Counted from the whole stretch's first letter, positions 1 to 12,430 are shown. The stretch is DNA of 63,046 nucleotides, filler included, from Neoconidiobolus thromboides FSU 785 (GCA_025603075.1; 10 parts of 10 records of this genome joined end to end with filler, not necessarily neighbours in it); one strand, 5' to 3'. Program-made: numbers and translations. The notes: generated from the sequence alone by a model not told the origin.

Positions 1-95
1 TTTTTGATTATATTATAGTATATTATTATATGATATTAAATAAAAGTTATTATTTTTTTGATATCTATTTCAATAATTTTTTTTAAGTATTTATA
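1..95 (+). repeat. Left arm of 95-bp perfect inverted repeat bounding contig 1
   Basis: 1-95 is the exact reverse complement of 2029-2123, checked by eye including homopolymer lengths. Confidence 0.93.
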
Positions 96-955
96 CTACC
101 ATTTTTCAATGTTTCTAAATTAAAATTAAAAATTGCTAGTAAAACCCCAAAGTTCAAATGTGAATTTTGGTGTGTTCAAGTATTTCTCCATCTTTTAGCT
201 TAATTATAATTCATTTGCTTTTCGTTTTGTATTTTAAAACTAGTCACTTAATTATTTAAATTATAGATTTTCTATAACTAATAAATACAATAAATTGTTT
301 TGTTTGATTGATGCTATAGTAGCTCCTATCATGTTTATTTTATGTAAAGTGTCTAATCAATTGGTGCTTATAATGTTTTAATATTAATTTGCGAAATTTT
401 TATTTATTTAGCATAATGACTCATACTCTGTAAATTTAGCTGAAGCACCTTATAATGTCTTGGATACTTAAAAAAGAAAAAAAATACAACTTTCATACCC
501 ATAATAAATATGCTATTATTATTTTGAAATAAATGAGTTTTTATCTTCTTAATGATATTACCTTTCAGTTAAAGCTGCAGAGCTAATAACTGTAATGGCC
601 ATAACCTTAAATTTTAATCTTTAAATTCTAAATAACTTTTATAATCTAACATTGAATGAATCGTTAGAGCATATAAGTAGAACTATTAATAAAGACATTT
701 AACGACATTGTTTTTAAGATAGTTAGATTAATTTTTAAAATTCTCCCATCTGAAGTAAAATTAAATCAGAATTGATCAAAATATACAAATCTTAATTATA
801 GCAAATTTGTACAATCAAATAAAACACTTATAATGAGAACAAACTTAAGGTATAATTATGAAGACAAGCTTTGTATGTAAAACACAGTTGGGTTTATTTT
901 GTCTATATGTAACCTTCAGTCAATACTTTATAAGAAATTGCCCAAGATGTTTAAC

Positions 956-997
956 ATGGGGATGTATTTTTGTATAAGCCAAAAAACATCCCCATAT
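956..997. mobile_element. Internally deleted derivative of the ~100-bp TIR element
   Basis: ATGGGGATGTATTTTTG-TATAAG-CCAAAAAACATCCCCATAT: both TIRs kept, middle missing. Confidence 0.7.
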
Positions 998-2028
998 GTT
1001 GATTGACATTACTCAGTATCAAAAGCAAAAATCAAACATGCTATATAAAGCTCATAAAAAACAACATAGAAGGATAATTCTTCTAAATTGATACTTTTAA
1101 TATCAAGAAAGCAAGAAAAGAAATACATAAAGTATAATCCACCAGTTGATTTTTAGCTGAGAGTTGTATTTTAAGTGATTACTTTTGTTAAAAATAAATA
1201 AACAATATTAGTTTTAAATGTTACCATTCTGGATTTAACCCCCTTGAGGCCTAAATTAGATAAAGCTTGACCTAATAGCCATTCCTTTAAAAAAACTTTG
1301 AGAATGTTATGCACCCGTTTTGCGGCTAATGATTTTTTGGTCCATTTTTACGGCTATTGCAAGTCTTTTGCAGCCTAACAAACCGTTTATTTAAGAATAA
1401 ATTTAGCTAAAGTTAAGCTGAACTATTCTAAAACTTAACCCATTAAGCGCACGTGGCGCATGTTTACATCACGACGATTGTCCAATTTTGCTAACTATAT
1501 CGTATAAATATGTATAAAAAAAGATAGCTTTAGACAATTGTACAGAGTCAGAGCTTTTATTACAAACAATATAAAACTTGGAACCTGTGAAATTATATAA
1601 ACTATCTATTAAAACGAAATGTAGTGTCAGAAAAATTGACACTTTCGATTAGGGAAAGTGGCGCTTAGTAGACTAAAGACTGAACGATAAAAAACCAACT
1701 CAACAAATATTCAAATCTAAACAGTATTGCTAACTAAGTCGTAATAGAGCTGCAAAAGCTTTATTACGAGAGTTTTAGCAGAATTATGTTTATGGTCAAA
1801 AAGCTTAAACAACCCATTAAATAAATTGGCTAAACACCAACTTCACTAGTAGTTGCTTAATTAAGAACTAAAATCTTGTGCACGAAATAGACAAAATTTA
1901 AATTTATCCCTAGAAACTGGAGACAAACTCATTACTCCAAGGTTCACATTCAAACTTTTGGGTGCATTTTATTTGATATATTAGATTAAATACCAAATTT
2001 ATAATTAAACTGTATCGCTTAAAAATCC

Positions 2029-2123
2029 TATAAATACTTAAAAAAAATTATTGAAATAGATATCAAAAAAATAATAACTTTTATTTAATATCATATAATA
2101 ATATACTATAATATAATCAAAAA
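2029..2123 (-). repeat. Right arm of 95-bp inverted repeat bounding contig 1
   Basis: Reverse complement of 1-95; runs to the contig end. Confidence 0.93.
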
Positions 2124-2223
2124 NNNNNNNNNNNNNNNNNNNNNNNNNNNNNNNNNNNNNNNNNNNNTTAATTAATTAANNNNNNNNNNNNNNNNNNNNN
2201 NNNNNNNNNNNNNNNNNNNNNNN
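2124..2223. other. Artificial contig spacer (first of nine)
   Basis: 44 N + TTAATTAATTAA (stops in all six frames) + 44 N. Identical spacers at 7353-7452, 13938-14037, 33017-33116, 34833-34932, 39915-40014, 45191-45290, 55227-55326, 57040-57139. Confidence 0.98.
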
Positions 2224-2458
2224 ATTTGCATGTGTATTTTGTGTATTCTTGTTTTCTTACATTAAGCTATGAAGTTATTAGTAGTTATCTTTGAACATTC
2301 AAACATAAAATGTAAAACTGTAAATGGTGTCTACCAATCACTTAATAATGTTATTTTTCATACAGAGAAATCGCAAAATTTTTATTGTATAGAATAATGT
2401 ATTCAATAAATAGACAATGAAAAGTATAATGAAATGTTATAGCAAAAGTTATTAAAAA

Positions 2459-2562
2459 TATAGGGATGTTTTTTGACTTCCTCATTTTTTCCGTCTTTTA
2501 AGCGCTATTTGAGTGGAAAAATTGTTAGTAAAATTCTTAAATACAAAAATATATCCCCATAT
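2459..2562 (+). mobile_element. ~100-bp MITE-like TIR element
   Basis: GGGATGTTTTTTG...AAGCGCTATTTGAGTGGAAAAATTGTTAGTAAAATTCTTAAA...ATATCCCCATAT matches the family consensus. Confidence 0.85.
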
Positions 2563-3207
2563 ATAAGTAATTATAAAACAAACAAGATTCAATTTATATT
2601 AATACTTTTAAAAATCGTTTTATAGATAGCAAAAATACAGAGTTATAGGCTTGGAAGTAATAACGTTTTATTAAATAAAAACAAATTAAAGTTGCGATAA
2701 TAGTGTTATGTTTTGGGCGTGTCTAAATAGTATATCTTATATCATTAAATAAAGACACTTAAAATAGAGCAGTTGCTATTATAATTGACTTTATTTTTGA
2801 TTTATATTTTAATTAATTTTTTCAAGTTTTTAAAATTTAGATTCCATCTGATTTATTTGTTTTATATATAGAAATATAATTCAAAAACAAAATTTCTATA
2901 TTAATCAATCTCATATAGTATTTTATTTAATCAAACGCTATTTTAAAAAACTATATAGCTTTTAAATATTTTTTTTGAATTTAAAGTTAAATTTTGTGCT
3001 TTTGATTCAATTTTGGAAAGAAGCTAAAGATTAACCAATCCTGTTATTTATTTTTGGGCATACTATTATCTAAAAGTATGTCATATATTATTTGGGAGTT
3101 CTGTATTTTTTTATCAAATCAAACAAAGTTTAATATTTCATTCATATTAATTATTTTATGTAATATATTTTAAATCTATAAAATTAACTTAAATTTTTAA
3201 TCGTCAA

Positions 3208-6200
3208 ATGGAAGACCAAATTATTAAAGATACCAGAAGGCAAGTTTGGAGTACAAATAAACAAGGGAATATCACAAAAGGAGAAAAAAAGTCGATTAAA
3301 GGAAAAGTAGATTTTAAAAAGGGTTTTAAGGAAAATAAACCAGTAAAGAAATCTGTATTTGATAGATTGGGTTTAATTACAGAAACTAATAATAATACTA
3401 ACATTAACTTTAAAAAAAATGTTTTTCAAACAGGAAGAGATAAAGGACAAGCATTTTTAAATAAACATAAGTTAAATCAAGCTCGATATGAAAACGTTGA
3501 AGAAAATGATTTGACTGGTATTATAGATGGTGTTAGTGCAGACGAGGACTTAGATGGTATGGGGCCTGATGATTTCGGGTCCAATGATATGGAATCTGAT
3601 GGTAATGGGATAGAGGATACTGAAATTGATGATATGAGATCTGATGATGTTGATAATGATGGCAATGGAGTCGCTGAATACGACTCAGAAAATATATTAG
3701 AAGGAATTGAAGAGGCACTTTATGATAGTGATGAAGAAGATGGTTATGGGTATAAAAAAAATAGTAGAAATGATATAAAGCCTATAAAGGAATTTGCCGC
3801 TGGAGAAAGTGTGTTAAGTAATGCCATGAAAGCAAGACGAAAAACAGTTGAAGAAAGAATATATGAAGAGAAGTTGCGACAAGAAAATATGAAAGAATTA
3901 GATAAGGTAAAATATTTGAAGTATTTTTATGTATAAACTAATATTCTTACTTTAGCTAAAAGAAGAACGCCTACTCAAAATGAAACATTATATAAAGAAG
4001 GGATTTATGGCAGATCCGGAAAAAAAAATGGACATTAATGAGGCTATATCTTTAACTCCTGATTGCTATAAGATGTGTCCAGAGTTTGAAAAAGCGGAGC
4101 GAAAATTTGAAAATAGTGTTGATAAATTTGAAAAGGTAATATAAATTTTATAAATGAAAAGTTAAGTTAAAAATTTAGGAACCCTATGAACTGGTAAAAA
4201 AGTATACTCGTTCAGCAGCTGGCGTACATATCATAATGCCTTGTGATGTTCGTACTCCGGAAACTTTATTAGTAAGTATTATCTAAAAATAGTAGATAAA
4301 TAATAATAATTGTTCCAATATTAGGAAACTACTCGCTATCTTATTGATAAGATAGTTAATAATGATAAATATACATTTTATGAAACTCATTCTTTTGTGA
4401 GAGATAGATTGAGAGCAATAGGAAAAGATTTTATTGTTCAACACCACAATGGACCCATCGCAGTTGAAGTTTATGAAATGATTTCTAGGTTTTATATACT
4501 TTCTATTCATGAATTAAGTAAAGTAAATAAATGGGATGAAATTCCTGAAGAAAGGAATCAATTAAAAGCAGGTAATATTTCAATTAAATTAAATTAAGTT
4601 TAAGCTTTACCAATTATAAATTTTATAGCGCTATCTAACCTTGTTGAACAATATGAGATGTTAAGAAAAAAAGGAATAGTCTGCACAAATGAGCATGAAT
4701 TCCAAAGTTATATTGAACTCAATAATCTTTTTATTATAAAAAGTGCTTACAACTTTAAACAAACGAACAGCACCTTTAAATATGATTCTAATAGAAAGGA
4801 AACTAAGTTAGTTAACAAAGTAAAAAGTTTATTACAAAAAGCAAAAGGAAACTTAAACGAGTTTAATATTAGATCCTTTAATGATGACGTTCTTTTGGTA
4901 TTTGAAGAATTTTTTGATTACGTTTTTAAGTTAGAAAGTGAATACTTTCTCTTTGGATGTGTTATTGAAACTCATTTCCAATCGATTCGAAGATTAATGA
5001 TGCTAGCAATCAAATTGATAAACAAGGATAATGATCAAGTAATTTATACAACACAATCACTTAAGGATTTATTACACTTTGATGATTGGGAATTATTTAA
5101 GGAGTTTTTGAATTATTGTAATATTAAGAATATCAATACTGAAAACGGTCCACAAGAAAATATCATTTTAAAGTTGAATGGCTCAGACTTGATTACTATC
5201 AAAAGTCCATCTGAGTCTATTCCTACACTTACCAAAGTTATTTTTTGTACAAATATAGATGAAATAAAAAGAGATAATGATTACAAGTCAATTATTTATG
5301 GTTTATTAAATAAGGCTATAAAGATAAACCAAAGTGTTCATAATAATAATAACGATCTCAACTTATCATATAGCAATAATAGCAATAACTTTAATACATC
5401 TAAAAGGAATTCACAAAATGATGATATAAACTTTAGTTTTATTAAAGGGAAAGTTATTTCTAACAATACTGAGGAGCAAAACTTAGATTTGGATCATAGT
5501 ATTGTTTCAGTTAAAGAAAAGGAAGAAAAAGAAGGAAACAAAGAGTTCGAAAGTAAGCTTGAGCAATTAGATCAAGAAATAAATGAACTAAACCAAACTG
5601 TATCCCAGTTGGACAGTGAATTTCAAGAACTTCTCAACACCAAAAAAGAGATTGAGTTTTTAGAGGTTTCTAGATTTGAACAAAAAAAAAGGTATCAAGA
5701 ATATTTAGATTTAAAACAATCACATATGCAAAAAGAAGGTCTAATGAAACAGAAGGAATTGGCTAATGAGAGCGGGAAATCTAATATAAATAAATTAATT
5801 GAAGAAATCCATGGGTCAGTCAAAGAATTGGAAAAAGGAAACAGAGATGAGGGGTTCATAATAAAAGAGTACGAACTCCACAAGCTTCATAAAAGAGAAA
5901 ACAAACTGAAGCTAAGGAGAAAAAAAGAAGAAAGAAAGATAAGGGAGCTTGAAAGGATCAGAATTGAAAAAGAACAAGAAGAACAAGAAGAAATTGATGG
6001 CTTAACTAATGAATTGACTGAGGGAGTCATTAGTGAATATGTTGACAATTGCATAAACGATTATCTCAAAAAAGCATTGCACCAAGAGGCTATAAAAAAG
6101 GTTTTGTACTCCAATTTACTGCAGAGTTATGTCGATGATTTAGTAGTTGGAGAAATAATTAAACAGACCAGAAATGAAAATTTAATAAAAAAGAATTTCA

Positions 6201-6451
6201 GAAGATGGAGATTAAAAACATATTTTTCTAGTAAAAATATGCAAAGTGACAGAAAGCTTCAAATTGGATTGGAACTTAAATCTGCGCCATCAAAAGTAAG
6301 AACAGAATTGCCTAAAATAGTACGAGATGCTACAGTCAATTGGGATGACTATACCGAATATAAAGAAGGAATGAGTACAAGCGATATTTTAGCTCGTATG
6401 GTAACCAAATCAAGAGAATCCACTTTACTAAGAACTATGGAAAAGCAATGA
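3208..6451 (+). CDS. SAC3: SAC3/GANP-family mRNA export factor (TREX-2 scaffold), 5 exons
   Basis: Manual splicing 3208-3906, 3956-4135, 4179-4271, 4325-4571, 4629-6451 (all GT-AG, in frame) gives SAC3 motifs CYKMCPEFEK, VKKYTRSAAG..MPCDVRTP, HSFVRDRLRAIGKDFIVQ and NEHEFQSY. Confidence 0.88.
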
Positions 6452-6571
6452 GAGTGGGTATCATGTCCTTTTTATTATTAATGTTTAGCAATAAAAAACA
6501 AATGTAAGTTTTGATTTTTGGATTTACAGTTTAGATTATTAAATACTTTATTTTCAAAATTAAATACAAAT

Positions 6572-6676
6572 AATGGGGCTGTTTTTTTTGGTTTCATTAC
6601 TTTTTCCATTTTTCAAGCGCTATTTGAGTGGAAAGATTGTAGCAAAATTCTTAAACATAAAAATATATCCCCATAT
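6572..6676 (+). mobile_element. ~100-bp MITE-like element (subtelomeric)
   Basis: GGGGCTGTTTTTTTTGG...ATATCCCCATAT with consensus interior. Confidence 0.85.
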
Positions 6677-6753
6677 TTTGATGTCTATATTTAGCAATTG
6701 TAACAAAAAGTAGCTGTTATTGTATTTTATATATATACTCATTTAACTAAAAC

Positions 6754-6859
6754 ATAAGGGGATGTATTTTTGTGTTTAAGAGTTTTACTAACAAATTTTC
6801 CGCTTAAATAGTGCTTAAAAAATAGAAGAAATAACGAAATCAGAAAAAACACTCCTATA
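6754..6859 (-). mobile_element. ~100-bp MITE-like element, opposite orientation (subtelomeric)
   Basis: GGGGATGTATTTTTGTGTTTAAG...CCGCTTAAATAGTGCTTAAAAA...AAAAAACACTCC. Confidence 0.8.
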
Positions 6860-6999
6860 ATTTGTTTTTATACAATAATTTAAAGCTTTCTAATCAAATT
6901 GTTTTTAATATTATATTCAATAAAATTATTAATTTTTATAGTATTTTATGTAAGTTTTATAATAGTATTTTTTTTATTTTGTATAATTTATAATTTATT

Positions 7000-7204
7000 A
7001 TATGGAGATGCTCTTTTTGGGTTCATTACTTTTCCATCTTTTAAGCATTATTTAAATGGAAAAACTATCAGTAAAATTTTTAAACAAAAAATATATCGCG
7101 ATATGGGGTGTCTTTTTTGACTTCATTACTTTTTCCATTTTTAAGCGCTATTTGAGCGGAAAAATTGTTAGTAAAATTGTTAAACACAAAAATACATCCC
7201 CTTA
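7000..7204 (+). mobile_element. Two head-to-tail MITE-like copies sharing one ATAT junction
   Basis: 7000-7104 and 7101-7204 both match the consensus; junction ATCGCG-ATAT-GGGGTG. Confidence 0.82.
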
Positions 7205-7257
7205 TTATTTAATAAGTTAACATAATAAAGAATAATGAATAATGCCAAATATAAAAT

Positions 7258-7352
7258 TTAGGGTTAGGGTTAGGGTTAGGGTTAGGGTTAGGGTTAGGGT
7301 TAGGGTTAGGGTTAGGGTTAGGGTTAGGGTTAGGGTTAGGGTTAGGGTTAGG
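7258..7352 (+). repeat. Telomeric repeat (TTAGGG)15 + TTAGG, right chromosome end
   Basis: Perfect TTAGGG array running to the contig end with the G-rich strand pointing outward. Confidence 0.95.
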
Positions 7353-7452
7353 NNNNNNNNNNNNNNNNNNNNNNNNNNNNNNNNNNNNNNNNNNNNTTAA
7401 TTAATTAANNNNNNNNNNNNNNNNNNNNNNNNNNNNNNNNNNNNNNNNNNNN

Positions 7453-7667
7453 TTGTTATAGCTAGTATTGTAACTATCGCCATAGGCATTATTATTGCTA
7501 TTCGAGTAATCATTTATTTTACCAGTATTGTAAGCATTAGAATAATCGGTAGTTTGATAAGAAGGAGTAGTTACAGCATAGTCATCATTAGGAATAGGAG
7601 TGGGAATGGAAATAACAGAAGGGATTAAAGAGGACACTATGATACTAATTACAGTAGTAGATTTCAT
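7453..7667 (-). CDS. Secreted Tyr/Asn/Ser/Thr-rich protein, 3'-truncated by contig end (copy 1)
   Basis: MKSTTVISIIVSSLIPSVISIP signal-like N-terminus, then DYSNAYN/DYSNSNN/DSYNTSYN quasi-repeats. Confidence 0.7.
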
Positions 7668-8317
7668 TTTTAATTGTTGAATTTAATATTTTGGTTGTAT
7701 TTAATTTATTTTTAACTTAATCACTTAATTTATATTTTATTCCATTTTTACACTCCACTTGGAAAAATGAGTTTGTTTTTTCAATCTCGAGCTAAATTAG
7801 TAAAAAAACCGTTATAAAATTAGCTTATTTTCAGCTTCATATTCTCCAATATCCGTAATAAAATAGCATTTCGATTTTAGTTTTATTGGTATTATTATAA
7901 TGTATTTTATTTTTATTTGTGTATATTAAAGTTTAGTCCATCTTTGATTCTTTTTTTGGAAACTAACAGCACTAGTTTTTAAATTTACCCCATTTAATTA
8001 ATTATTTAATTGAAAAAAGAATCAAAAAGGAATACAAACATAAAAGTATGATTTATAGTAATGTGCAAGCTATGAAATATTTATAAATTTAATATGAACG
8101 TGTTTTATTTGAATAATATTGTGAATATGACTAATGATGTTTTATGTTTTAAGCCTTTATGGTTAATATTTCACTATACGAAGAAACCGTATATTAAAAG
8201 TACTTTTATTTTTATTTTAACAAAAATAGTATTAGTTGTTAGAGAATCGAATAGAATTGATTTTCAATACCAAATTTATATGAAGTTGAGAAAAATAAAA
8301 TTGAAAGGAATTATTAT

Positions 8318-8390
8318 TGGAGAACCCGGGCATCGATCCCGGTGCCTCTCGCATGCTAAGCGAGCGCTCTACCATCTGAGCTAGTTCCCC
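8318..8390 (-). tRNA. tRNA-Ala(AGC)
   Basis: 73-nt cloverleaf; anticodon arm CTCGC-TTAGCAT-GCGAG; G3:U70 alanine identity pair; no intron. Confidence 0.97.
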
Positions 8391-8621
8391 CTTCTATGCA
8401 ACTTGAAATATATTTTAGGAAAAAATATTTAAATAGCTCACAATTTTTTGACTTTAAGATAAAGCTTTAGCATTTACTGTTGAAATAAAACGAAGGTTTA
8501 TAAAAGTCTGTTAAAAAAATGAGATATTAAAATTTCTTATTTACAAATATATATGGCTGCATTGAAAGCAAAGCATAAAGATTTATCGGTAAATGAGAAT
8601 TTTAATTTTACTACAGTCTTG

Positions 8622-8723
8622 ATAATGATGTTTTTTTGGCTTCATTACTTTTTACATTTTTTAAGTGCTATTGAGGGGAAAAATTGTTAGTAAAATTCTT
8701 AAATACGAAAATACATCCCTAAT
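8622..8723 (+). mobile_element. ~100-bp MITE-like element
   Basis: GATGTTTTTTTGGCTTCATTACTTTTT...AATACATCCC matches the consensus; left TIR decayed. Confidence 0.78.
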
Positions 8724-9202
8724 AGTAATTAATTTAAAGAACGGATCTATGATTAATGTTTAATTTAGATGGTTTCTAATATAAAATTATATATTTTGGA
8801 TCCTTATTTAAGAGCATGCTTAAATAAACTGTACTTATAAAAAAATTTTAATCTTAATTTTTAACAATTTGAAATAGTAGGCTTGCTGTATGATATCATC
8901 TAATATAACAAAAACTGTACTATCTAATATTATTTTAAATTTTATAATTTATTTCGATCAAGTTTCAACTTACAAAAAAATAAAATTAGAGTGCTATTAA
9001 ATGTGCTGTTATTAAAAGTCGTCCACTTTAATTTTATATACCATTTGAAGTAAATTCAGTTTCTATATCTTATTTTTTATATTAATAATATTAAATGTCT
9101 TAATGAATCTATTTAATATCAATTGCTGTTTGTAATATAAAGTTGGCATTACAAATTGACAAAATAAATTTCTAAATTTGGACTTAACATTGTAAATAAT
9201 AT

Positions 9203-9217
9203 CGAAATTTCTAGATA
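9203..9217 (+). promoter_or_regulatory. Heat-shock element upstream of HSP20
   Basis: cGAAatTTCtaGAt fits nGAAnnTTCnnGAn ~150 bp before the ATG, with TATAAA at ~9282. Same motif at 57153-57167 and 62988-63002. Confidence 0.7.
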
Positions 9218-9356
9218 GTTACTTAAAAATTTAGGTGAATATACTAAAACCTAGAAAAGTTAACAACAGTTTAAAAAAAGGTATAAAGCCAGAAGATAAA
9301 GATAATATTTAAATTAAATTAGATATCAAATTGAACACTAAACCAGATACTAAAAA

Positions 9357-9974
9357 ATGTTTACAACTTTAAATAACAATCCATTTGCTCATTATCCTAA
9401 AGAATTACATCCTTTTGTATTTACTCCAGATCATTACATCCCCTTTAATCATAAAAAGAATACAACGTCGGCTACTCAAGAAAATAACACTGAAAAACAA
9501 TTCACAAATGATAATAACAAAATTCCACTCACTAATGATGCTAAATCTCAAGAGGATAAGTATCCATACGTTGATATGACAGAATATTCCAATTATTATA
9601 TTATAGAGGCTGAATTACCTGGATTTAAAAAAGAAGACATTGAAATTTCATTTGATAATGTCGACAATATAATTACTTTAAAGGGAGAATATACTTATCG
9701 ACCAAAGAAGCATGAAAATATCGTTATAGTGGAAGAAGCAGATGAAACAAATGAGGATGACAATGCTTCTGTGAGTACATCAAGTGTTAATGATGATGGA
9801 AAGCATTTACTTATAGAAAGAAAGCTAAAGAAGAGCTTTAAGAGGAGTTTTAAAGTTAAACACGATATCTTAGCTGAAGAAATCCAAGCAGATCTAACTG
9901 ATGGGGTGTTGAATTTAATAATTCCAAAGCGTTTTAAGAAAGAAAATAAGAAAATAAGAATACCCATTCAATAA
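9357..9974 (+). CDS. Small heat-shock protein (HSP20/alpha-crystallin domain), copy 1
   Basis: PYVDMTEYSNYYIIEAELPGFKKEDIEISFDN, FKRSFKV and ADLTDGVLNLIIPK are alpha-crystallin-domain motifs; single exon. Confidence 0.93.
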   Translation: MFTTLNNNPFAHYPKELHPFVFTPDHYIPFNHKKNTTSATQENNTEKQFTNDNNKIPLTNDAKSQEDKYPYVDMTEYSNYYIIEAELPGFKKEDIEISFDNVDNIITLKGEYTYRPKKHENIVIVEEADETNEDDNASVSTSSVNDDGKHLLIERKLKKSFKRSFKVKHDILAEEIQADLTDGVLNLIIPKRFKKENKKIRIPIQ

Positions 9975-10599
9975 GTTTTGTATAATTATTCTCTCTAATG
10001 TAAATCATTATTATTTTAAATAAAAATAATTCAATATTTAATGTTTTTTTGAGCTTATTTTAATTAAAAAAACAGAAATGTTGTAAAAACCAAAAGTTGT
10101 TTTTAATTTTCCTATTAAATTTAATTATTTTCAACTGTTTTATCATTTAATTCTATGCTAATTTAGCATGTTAAAAACTTCGATGGTAGTGAAACCAGTA
10201 TAAAGTTATTATCTGTCAATGATAGTTTATCAATTAGGATCAGATCTGCCAAAATACCTTTTAAAAAAATGTTATAGGAGATAGTTACCATGAATGAATA
10301 TAACTCTTTAATATCTGCTCTGTATTGTCATTAGTATTGATGGAATTCAAATTATTCATTAGATTCATCAACAAGTGCCCTTTGAGATGTGGCGTTATTA
10401 TCAATCTCAATATAATAACTTACCTCATTCGGATTTCGTCTTCTTTTACTGATCCAATGTCATTCATTAAAGCGCATTGTAAGGATATATATATGATTAA
10501 GCTATAAACAAGAGAGAGGTTATTAATTATATTTGGAAAACCAGCCATTATAACAAGCTCCATAAGATCGTATATTTCTATATTTCTCCTTCTCCAGTT

Positions 10600-12430
10600 A
10601 GACCAGATAAATTAGTTTATGACAGGCGTATGTGGCATGTCATTATTCTTTGTCTCCTTTTCTTCGCTGCAACTAGCAACTCACGTTTTGTAAAGCTCTA
10701 AAATAATATACGTTTTCGTTTTCGTTTTCGTTTAAATAGCTGCTTAACAGCTTGAAGTATTGATTGCTAATATGCTTCACATCAACACCGGCAACTATAA
10801 ATTTATCACTAGCTAAAATATGGCAATTCATAATCATCAAAGCTATAAAGGAAACCTCAGATTTTGATAACTATTCAAAATATAAACCTAAGCACTCTAC
10901 ATAACCCATAACCTGGTTGAAACTAAAGCATAGTTCTTTTCATTTGTATTCAAAGATCTCTTTTACCTTATTAACTTCGGAAGAAAAAGAAAAATCCTTC
11001 TTTATCATTTTAAATGAACTTCCTATTGATAATTGCTATATTTTGAGACTTTTTATGTATATTCAATACAAAAATAAACATCAAGGAATGGACTTCACTA
11101 TATATATGAGAATGAATTTTGTATCTAAGAATTTTGCTAAGAATTTTTCTGCTCAAATAGCACTTAAGATGGAAAAAGTAATGGAGCTAAAAAACACTCT
11201 CATATATTCAATAAAAACATTGGAGTTTACATCGTTACAGTTATCAAAGGCAACATTAGTCAAATTATTATTTAACATCGGTTTCTTTTTTATATTCGAA
11301 AATGTAGTATCCATGTCAAGATGACAATTTGATATTTTAAAGCTATATAAATTATGAGAATATCTATATAAAAATCAAAAAATTCCATTCCTAAAATTAA
11401 ATTCTTTACTTTCAATATTATCATATTAGTATTTATCTTTAGACAATTCCCTCGAATTAAAAATAAGGAACTTTCACATAATGATAAACTCAAATAAGTG
11501 ATTATTAACATATTTCAAATCCAACATAGAATTTTAGATGTAAGGTTATAACAAAGTTGGACATTGAATTTATTTAGAAAATAAATCATTGTTAATAGTC
11601 AACCTATTTAACTTGATGTTGTATAATCTAAATTCTTTTGAAATGGATCTACCATTAAATATTACTTTAGAGTACATCAATATATAAAATGCTTGAACCT
11701 TTGGATAGCTATTGGAGTTAATATTTATTTCTTTTGAAACTAATACATACATACTTTCAATATGCAGCGTTTTTAGCTCCAAAAATGATTTATTTAAGAG
11801 ATAATTGAGTTTGTGTAATTTAATATCAATTCAGGTCAATCCAAGTGTCTTTAAGTTATTGAATTGATCTATTATATTCTCGAAATACGATAGCCTATTA
11901 TTGAAATTATTTAATCACTAATGAAGTGATATTGGATGGCGAACTTAGTATTACTTGGTTATAAAATAATCATTTATATCGTCCAATTTCAAATACGCTA
12001 AACTTAGAAGCATTTCTCCAATTATAATTTTATGACTACCAAGGTAACCTCCAGTTGTCATATTATTAAAAGTTGTGTAATAAGTATTCTTTAATGAAAT
12101 GTATTTAGAATACTTTCTTTTCTTCAAATAATTATTTAGATATACACAGGTTTGTCGTATTTGGGTATATTGAGGAATGTAATGGTATATTTAAAAGTTG
12201 CTTAAAACCTACTTCCCTAATTTAATAATCATGCTTTTTAAAACTTCTATAATAATTTTTTAATATAATGATAATAATTTGGTGTGATATCTTCCCATAA
12301 TATCGGTGTAATTGCTTTATTCCATCTTTTATAACATGTCAATAAGTCGACCTTATTTTATATTTCACATAAAGGTAAAGTAAGATCTCTTTAACTATAT
12401 TTTTCTCCAAATCGTCAAATTCGAATAATG
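10600..12430 (-). pseudogene. Decayed F-box/LRR (RNI-like) gene; boundaries approximate
   Basis: Minus strand near 12420-12290 reads FDDLEKNIVKEILLYL / (frameshift) NKVDLLTCYKRWNKAITPILWEDI, an F-box pattern. LRR-like fragments (e.g. ORF 11570-11782) follow, broken by stops. Confidence 0.5.

Larger units (their letters stand above)
7453..8390 (-). repeat. Left arm of 938-bp inverted repeat bounding contig 3
   Basis: Reverse complement of 13000-13937; no mismatch noticed; inner boundary is the tRNA 5' GGGG. Confidence 0.93.

Noticed and set aside
1480-1960. Possible LTR plus PBS (TGGCGC at ~1659) and gag remnant
   Set aside because: No second LTR and no recognisable gag/pol motif; the stop density in the best frame is about what random AT-rich DNA would give.
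2168-2179. TTAATTAATTAA palindrome recurring nine times
   Set aside because: Always embedded in 44+44 N; an artificial six-frame-stop contig linker. Adjacency across linkers has no biological meaning.
6572-7204. Clustered repeats with spacers, CRISPR-like at first sight
   Set aside because: Eukaryotic genome; ~100-bp divergent units in both orientations with irregular spacing; no cas genes. These are MITE copies.
8094-8384. 96-aa ORF (and its twin at 13006-13296)
   Set aside because: Runs antisense through tRNA-Ala and AT-rich spacer DNA; its duplication is explained by the inverted repeat.
10917-11324. 135-aa plus-strand ORF
   Set aside because: TTG start, biased composition, and antisense to the decayed F-box/LRR gene.
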